From NCBI GenBank assembly GCA_963765015.1, contig CAVXVD010000073.1, positions 1,087 to 65,086 of the forward strand: a stretch of 64,000 nt of DNA. The letters are read 5' to 3'. The translations under genes were made by a program, and so were the position numbers. This DNA comes from an uncultured Acidobacteriota bacterium (GTDB lineage Bacteria; Acidobacteriota; Terriglobia; Terriglobales; Acidobacteriaceae). The notes beneath the pieces are model-generated. The model saw only the letters and a program-made list of their open reading frames with translations. It was not told where the DNA came from and ran no database searches. This document shows, piece by piece, positions 58,805-64,000 of the stretch (its first letter is position 1; every line of letters begins with the position of its first letter).

Positions 58805-59304
58805 ATAGGACTTCCTCCAAGTTTGGGGCTGGCGCTTCAGGCTTGACCTTCCCGCCACCCTAGGCACGCTTGCGGCGTGCTGAAATTCGCATTGCGTCCC
58901 CTGAAACGATAAAGAAAGCTAGCGGATTCGCTGAGCCGGACCGACGCTGACGCTACGCACGATCCTTTGAACTTAGGGCGCCGCAAACAGTGGCGCGCAC
59001 TTGTTCTATTACACGTGGGATGCCAAATCGGGCTTTATGGTTGAATGGCTAAATTATTGATATCTATAGACATTGTACTGGTGTCGTGGTGGGAAGGATA
59101 GGGATGCAGGAAAATGCAGGGTAATTTTGGCAAACCTGATATAAAAACTGCGGGCCAGCGAAAACGGCGGTTTTCGCCCTAGGGACGTTCTTCTTGTTCG
59201 TGGATTCGGCGTCCGAGGCGGGGATCAAGCCCATCTTGGCCAGCCGTTTTCGGGTCTGAAACACGGGGTTTCGGGGCATACCGGCGGTGAAACGGAGGGA
59301 GACT

Positions 59305-60807
59305 TTGGCAACGAGCAGATCGAAGGTTTGGAGAATACGGTGCCGGGTTCTGGCGGGAATTGTCCCGCTCATGCTGTGCGCGGGAGCCAATTGCGAAGAC
59401 TCCGGTCTACCTTCTTCGCGGATCCCGGCTGATCATCTCAAGCAGTATTCAGAACTGGCCGTTACCTGGATGCAGCAGTATTTGCGGATCGACACGACAA
59501 ATCCTCCCGGGAATGAGATGAAGGCGGTGGCCTTCTACAAAAAGATCCTCGACCAAGAAGGAATTGAGAACAGGGTCTTCGAGTATGCACCGGGGCGCGG
59601 GGATTTGTGGGCTCGAATTCCGGCTACGGAGGGCGAAAAGAAAGATCCAGAGGTCTCCCAAAATCAGGGAGGAATGTGGCACCCTCAGGCGCGGCCGATT
59701 GTTTTGCTGAACCATATGGATGTGGTGACTAGCGATGCGTCGCACTGGCAGGTGCCTCCATTCAGTGGAGAGATTCGGGATGGATATTTGTGGGGCCGCG
59801 GCGCGCAGGATATGAAAGATGAAGGTCTCGCGCAGCTCGTCACGATGGTGATGTTGAAGCGGGAGAAAGTGGCGCTGGATCGCGATGTGATTTTCCTGGC
59901 CGTGGCGGATGAAGAAGCTGAGGGCACGGGGACGGATTGGTTCATCGCGCATCAACGCGAACTGTTGGAGAATGCTGAATTCCTAATCAATGAGGGCGGA
60001 GAAAACCTGCTGGATGCCGGCAAGGTGAAATACATCGGCGTCGACGTCGGGGAGAAAACCACGTACTGGATGCATGTGGTGGCACATGGGAGGCCTGGGC
60101 ATGGATCGAGGCCGAATCCGGATTCGGCGCCGAACCGGTTAGTGCGGGCGCTGGAGCGGGTCATTGCCTATCGAACACCGCTGCGAGTATTGCCGGTGGT
60201 GGATGAGTTTCTGCGCGACATGGCTCCTTATGAGCCGCCGGAACAGGCGGCGTATTACCGCAATGTAAAGAAGGCGCTTGAGGACAAGAAGTTTCAAGAG
60301 GAAGTGGAGCGGGATGAGTCGTTAAATTTTCTGCTGCGTGACACCATCTCGCTGACCATGATGGGAGGATCGGAGCAGACGAATGTGATTCCTCCGGAGG
60401 CCTGGGCCAATCTGGATGTAAGGATTCTGCCGGGAGGAGATCCGAAGGCGGTGCTGGCGGCGGTGCGGCGGGCAGTGAATGATCCGAACGTGACGGTTGA
60501 GCCGCTGAATGCAGAGTTCCGCGTGGCCAATTATTCAGGGACGGATAACGCGCTGTATGGGGCGATTCGCGAAGTGTCGGGAAAGTATTTTCCTGGGACG
60601 CCCGTGGTGCCGCATATCACGAGCGGATATACGGAAAATCAACGATACCGGCCGCTGGGGATCGTAGCGTACGGATTTAGTCCATATACGGCGACCGAGG
60701 AAGAGGGAAATACCGAGCACGGGAATGATGAACGGATTCGGGTGGAGGAGGTGCGGCGGGGGCCGAGGATTTTGTTCGACGTGGTGGCAAAGGTGGCCAC
60801 GAAGTAG
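59305..60807 (+). CDS. M20 family metallopeptidase (secreted)
   Basis: LLNHMDVV, FLAVADEEAEG and INEGGE motifs. TTG 59305 has GGAGG 6 nt upstream (ORF opens at GTG 59287). Contains an extra palindromic module at about 59630-59692. Confidence 0.85.
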   Translation: MATSRSKVWRIRCRVLAGIVPLMLCAGANCEDSGLPSSRIPADHLKQYSELAVTWMQQYLRIDTTNPPGNEMKAVAFYKKILDQEGIENRVFEYAPGRGDLWARIPATEGEKKDPEVSQNQGGMWHPQARPIVLLNHMDVVTSDASHWQVPPFSGEIRDGYLWGRGAQDMKDEGLAQLVTMVMLKREKVALDRDVIFLAVADEEAEGTGTDWFIAHQRELLENAEFLINEGGENLLDAGKVKYIGVDVGEKTTYWMHVVAHGRPGHGSRPNPDSAPNRLVRALERVIAYRTPLRVLPVVDEFLRDMAPYEPPEQAAYYRNVKKALEDKKFQEEVERDESLNFLLRDTISLTMMGGSEQTNVIPPEAWANLDVRILPGGDPKAVLAAVRRAVNDPNVTVEPLNAEFRVANYSGTDNALYGAIREVSGKYFPGTPVVPHITSGYTENQRYRPLGIVAYGFSPYTATEEEGNTEHGNDERIRVEEVRRGPRILFDVVAKVATK

Positions 60808-60817
60808 CTTCATTCGC

Positions 60818-60834
60818 CACGGATTTGCACGGAC
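60818..60834. repeat. Two CACGGA(T/C) units at 10-nt spacing after the M20 stop
   Basis: CACGGATTTG CACGGAC at 60818 and 60828, between convergent genes. Confidence 0.6.
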
Positions 60835-60837
60835 TCC

Positions 60838-62079
60838 TCATTGCTGCGGTGCTTTGGGCACGACGTATTCGTCGAAATAGCGGTGGAGCGCGTCACGATG
60901 AGCCGTTCGGTAGGGGACGTAGTCCTGAGCAATATCATTGTCGGCGCGGTTGAGTAGCGTGAAAGGCTCGAGGAAACCGGCTCCATCGATCTTGACGAGT
61001 TCAAGCAGAGGCGAGTCTAGGTTCTTCTTTTTCTTCTCGAAATCCTTCTGCTCGGTCATCACCGTGACCATCATGTGAAGGCAGTCGGCTTCCTCGCGCA
61101 TCGTCCGGCGATACTTGGGCTCGTTCGGGAACTCTTTTTTGAATTTCTCCTGCGTCCATAGGGCACGGTTCATGGCGTATATCAGCCAGGCAGAGCCTGC
61201 AGGGTCGCCCTTCTTCATTCCACTCGGGTCGAGTGTGATATTGATGTGCGATTCGTCTTTCTGGGTGACTGAACTCTTGTCCTGGAGGCGGACCCAGGTG
61301 AGGGAGAGCTTAGTGCGCTCGGCCCAGCGCTGGAGGCCAACCCACGATCGTTGTTTATAAGGTTCCGCGATGATGGCTAGGATGTATTTCTCGCGGGCAT
61401 CGACAGGTCTACCCAGATCCATCAGCGCGTCTCCCCAATAGCGATAGGCAGTTTCGCGATTGGGATCGATCTCGACGGCGCGGGCGAACCATTCTCCGGC
61501 ACTGCCGTTGATATGCTGCTTGAAGTAGACGTCGCCCATGAAGAGCGCGGCTTCGTAATTTCTGGGATCAAGCATCATGACGTGCAGGTAGCCATCGCGG
61601 GCTTTGTCAAAATCGCCGCGAACGAAATCAGCTTCGGCGTTCTTCATGGCATCGTCGACGTCTTTGCGATCGGAGAAAGGTGCTTGGGCTCCGTCCTCGG
61701 GTATTTCAAGGATGACCTGCAGGAGGCTGCTGGTGTCTCCGAGTTGCTTGGCTTCAAGTGCGATGGCGCGGGCACGAACGCGGGCCCTCTTCTTCAGATC
61801 GGGATCGGCGATGGTGGAGGCATAGGCCATCACGGAGAAGGCCCAGTATTCCTTAACCACGATGTCGGAAGGATTGTCAGCAGAGAGTTTTTCGAGCAGT
61901 GGCATGGCTTCAACGAATTTGCCGGCGCGGTAGACATCGAGGGCGTGCTGGCGGTCGGGAAGGTCCTTGGGAACGGTCTGAGCGGGAGATGATTGGGGCG
62001 CTGTCGTCTGGGACGTAGAGAAAGTGGCCAGCAAGGCGATCACAGCGATGGCCGCGAGCATCCGAAGGAGTCTGTTCAC
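60838..62079 (-). CDS. TPR-repeat-containing secreted protein
   Basis: GTG 62079 (VNRLLRMLAAIAVIALLA signal) with AGAGAGG upstream. Several TPR-like helices (e.g. YEAALFMGDVYFKQ, AYRYWGDALMDLG). Confidence 0.68.
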   Translation of the reverse strand: MNRLLRMLAAIAVIALLATFSTSQTTAPQSSPAQTVPKDLPDRQHALDVYRAGKFVEAMPLLEKLSADNPSDIVVKEYWAFSVMAYASTIADPDLKKRARVRARAIALEAKQLGDTSSLLQVILEIPEDGAQAPFSDRKDVDDAMKNAEADFVRGDFDKARDGYLHVMMLDPRNYEAALFMGDVYFKQHINGSAGEWFARAVEIDPNRETAYRYWGDALMDLGRPVDAREKYILAIIAEPYKQRSWVGLQRWAERTKLSLTWVRLQDKSSVTQKDESHINITLDPSGMKKGDPAGSAWLIYAMNRALWTQEKFKKEFPNEPKYRRTMREEADCLHMMVTVMTEQKDFEKKKKNLDSPLLELVKIDGAGFLEPFTLLNRADNDIAQDYVPYRTAHRDALHRYFDEYVVPKAPQQ

Positions 62080-62158
62080 GGTGCCTCTCTTTTGTATTGA
62101 GAGTGACACAGGAGGAACGCAGGAAGTTCCCAAATTTGCGCTGCACAAATGATAGAGG

Positions 62159-63283
62159 CTACCCTCCCCCGCAATGCTTCTCGTACTGCTCGAAGATGAA
62201 GTGGTCGGTCATGCCGGCGATGTAGTCGCAGATCACGCGTGCCAGGGAATCTTCTTTCTTCTCGACCTTGTCTCTGTAGTTGTGCGGGAGGGATTCGGGG
62301 TGGTCCATCCAGAAGGTGAATAGCTCGGTAACTACACGTTCGGCGTCGTCTTTTTCTCCGGCTAAAGCGCTGCTGAAGTAGAGATTTTCGTAGAGGAATT
62401 CTTTGCTTTGTTTGCGCTCGGCTTCGACCGCGGGGCTGAATGCCGCCAGGCGTTCGGTGTGATATCGGACTTCCTCGACAGTTTGAATTCTTGCCTGGCC
62501 GATGCGCGTCCGCGTATTTGTGATCAGGTCGTCCACATAGCGGTTGAGGACACGCTTCAGGGTTTCGTTGAATTGCAATTTTTCCGGGACATCGGGATGG
62601 ATCTGCGCAACTTTGGGATAGAAGCGCTCGAAGATCGGCATACCCTCCCGGATTTGATCGAGTGTCAGCAGATGCGCTTCGTAGCCGTCGTCCAAGTCGG
62701 CCGTGTTGTAGGCGATTTCGTCGGTCAGGTCGATCAGTTGGGCTTCGAGCGGCGGGCGCTGGTCGAGAAAATATTCAGCCAGTTCCGGATGTTGTTTGGG
62801 ATCGTAGTCGTGGGAATGCTTGATGATGCCTTCGCGGACTTCGAAGGTGAGGTTCAGGCCGCGGAAGGCGGCGTAGCGCTGTTCGAAATCTTCGACAATG
62901 CGGAGGGCGTGGAGATTGTGGTCGAAGGACAGGCCATGCTCTGCCATGGCGGCGTTGAGAGCTTTTTCCCCGGCATGGCCGAAGGGAGGGTGGCCGATGT
63001 CGTGAACCAGGGCTAGCGCTTCGGCGAGGTCGACGTTCAGGCCGAGTGCTCCGGCGATGGTGCGGGAGACTTGCGAGACTTCGAGCGTATGGGTCAGACG
63101 GTTGCGGAAGTGGTCGGAATAGCGGCGGGTGAAGACTTGCGTCTTGGCTTCGAGCCGGCGAAAGGCGCGGGCGTGGATGACCCGGTCGCGGTCGCGTTGG
63201 AAGTCGTTGCGGTAGGGGTGATGAGGCTCGGTGAAGCGGCGTCCGCGGGAGTGTTCGACGTGCACCGCGTAACGCGCCAGCAT
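62159..63283 (-). CDS. dgt: dGTP triphosphohydrolase-like HD-domain protein
   Basis: FQRDRDRVIH, LTHTLEVSQV and VHDIGHPPFGH motifs; 374 aa. Confidence 0.9.
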   Translation of the reverse strand: MLARYAVHVEHSRGRRFTEPHHPYRNDFQRDRDRVIHARAFRRLEAKTQVFTRRYSDHFRNRLTHTLEVSQVSRTIAGALGLNVDLAEALALVHDIGHPPFGHAGEKALNAAMAEHGLSFDHNLHALRIVEDFEQRYAAFRGLNLTFEVREGIIKHSHDYDPKQHPELAEYFLDQRPPLEAQLIDLTDEIAYNTADLDDGYEAHLLTLDQIREGMPIFERFYPKVAQIHPDVPEKLQFNETLKRVLNRYVDDLITNTRTRIGQARIQTVEEVRYHTERLAAFSPAVEAERKQSKEFLYENLYFSSALAGEKDDAERVVTELFTFWMDHPESLPHNYRDKVEKKEDSLARVICDYIAGMTDHFIFEQYEKHCGGG

Positions 63284-63341
63284 GGGGAGAGGATAGCAGA
63301 TTTCTGGTGCCGAGTCGGTGAAGCGCTCAGCTCAGCGGCTA

Positions 63342-63436
63342 AAGCCACGTTGATCTGCGTGGCTTATGGCACGAGTGGAAGAGCTTGCGGAAAAAGGCTT
63401 ACCAGACTTCGCAGGGGCGTACCGGGGCTAAAGCCC
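63342..63436. repeat. GC-rich hairpin repeats in the dgt upstream spacer
   Basis: AAGCCACG-N8-CGTGGCTT (63342-65). GGGGCTAAAGCCC (63424-36) resembles the reverse complement of GGGCCTTAGCCCC at 20965-77. Confidence 0.5.
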
Positions 63437-63619
63437 TCAAGAATTCAACGCGACTGGCGCGGCTCTGAGGGGCCGCTCCTCCACGGTGACTCATTCGCTC
63501 AGGGGGATACGGTCGTTTGTGGCTTTTTCCGCGACGTCTAGAACTCGTGCTCTTCCCAATCCCGCTCAGGCTGCCAGGCCCGAGGGCGAGATCGCACTCG
63601 GGATAACCGCACACGAAGC

Positions 63620-64000
63620 TTACTGCTTGCTTGGGTCTTCTTTCGCGAGCTTTACCTTCGCGGCGTCAAGTTTCTGCTGAACTTTAGCGAACGCATCGGA
63701 GTCCTGCTCAGCAGGAACGGTTTTGTTCCATTCCTGAACGGCACGATCCCAATGGGAGGCGGCTAGTTTCAGGCGTCCGGTTTTCTGGTACAAGTCGCCG
63801 AGATGTTCCTGCACGGTTGGGTCGGAGCTCATGTGCACCGCGGCCTTGTTCAGGTTCTCTTCGGCTAAATCGTATTTTCCCAGCTTGAAGTAGGCCCAGC
63901 CGAGAGAGTCGAGATATGCCGCATTGTTGGGCTCGAAGCTGAGAGCCTGCTTGATGTAATTCAGAGATTCTTCAAGCTTAACTCCGCGGTCGGCATTCAT
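63620..64000 (-). CDS. TPR-repeat protein, C-terminal part (gene probably continues beyond the right edge)
   Basis: TPR consensus (AAYLDSLGWAYFKLGKYDLAEENLNKA...). The ORF is open to the last base of the window. Confidence 0.7.
   Translation of the reverse strand: MNADRGVKLEESLNYIKQALSFEPNNAAYLDSLGWAYFKLGKYDLAEENLNKAAVHMSSDPTVQEHLGDLYQKTGRLKLAASHWDRAVQEWNKTVPAEQDSDAFAKVQQKLDAAKVKLAKEDPSKQ

Noticed and set aside
59064-59390. 108-aa minus-strand ORF in the OmpA-like / M20 intergenic region.
   Set aside because: No RBS, it overlaps the M20 5' end, it has no recognisable family, and its composition changes along its length. It is probably non-coding.

Overview
GC-rich chromosomal segment with about 60 protein-coding genes on both strands. 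I found no rRNA, tRNA, CRISPR array, transposase or integrase by eye. Content is mostly housekeeping:
- HU; serA plus a class-V aminotransferase
- rRNA methyltransferases rsmD, rsmI and an RlmI-like enzyme
- an hsp20-clpB heat-shock pair
- rpmE, ruvB and an EF-G paralog; panB/panC; gatB; dgt
- an LPS inner-core cluster (waaA-lpxK-rfaE1-rfaE2-GT9 heptosyltransferase)
- many secreted or membrane hypotheticals, peptidases (S9, M20, M50), a GH1 glucosidase and a CarboxypepD_reg-type TonB-dependent receptor

The gene set and the GC-rich intergenic hairpin repeats suggest Acidobacteriota; this is inference only.

Most notable observations:
1. A Bcp/PrxQ peroxiredoxin has an in-frame TGA exactly at the peroxidatic-Cys codon. 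A SECIS-like hairpin follows, making it a candidate selenoprotein.
2. Two families of small palindromic repeats sit in-frame inside enzyme genes (dus, an MBL hydrolase, an M20 peptidase), much like Rickettsia palindromic elements.
3. CACGGAT arrays phased at 10 nt occur at four gene ends.
4. At least nine frameshifts are confined to 2.5-12.5 kb and hit conserved genes, while the remaining 51 kb reads cleanly. This looks more like local sequence or assembly error than biology.

No obvious multi-gene novel system (defense, secretion, BGC) was recognised. CDS coordinates include the stop codon.
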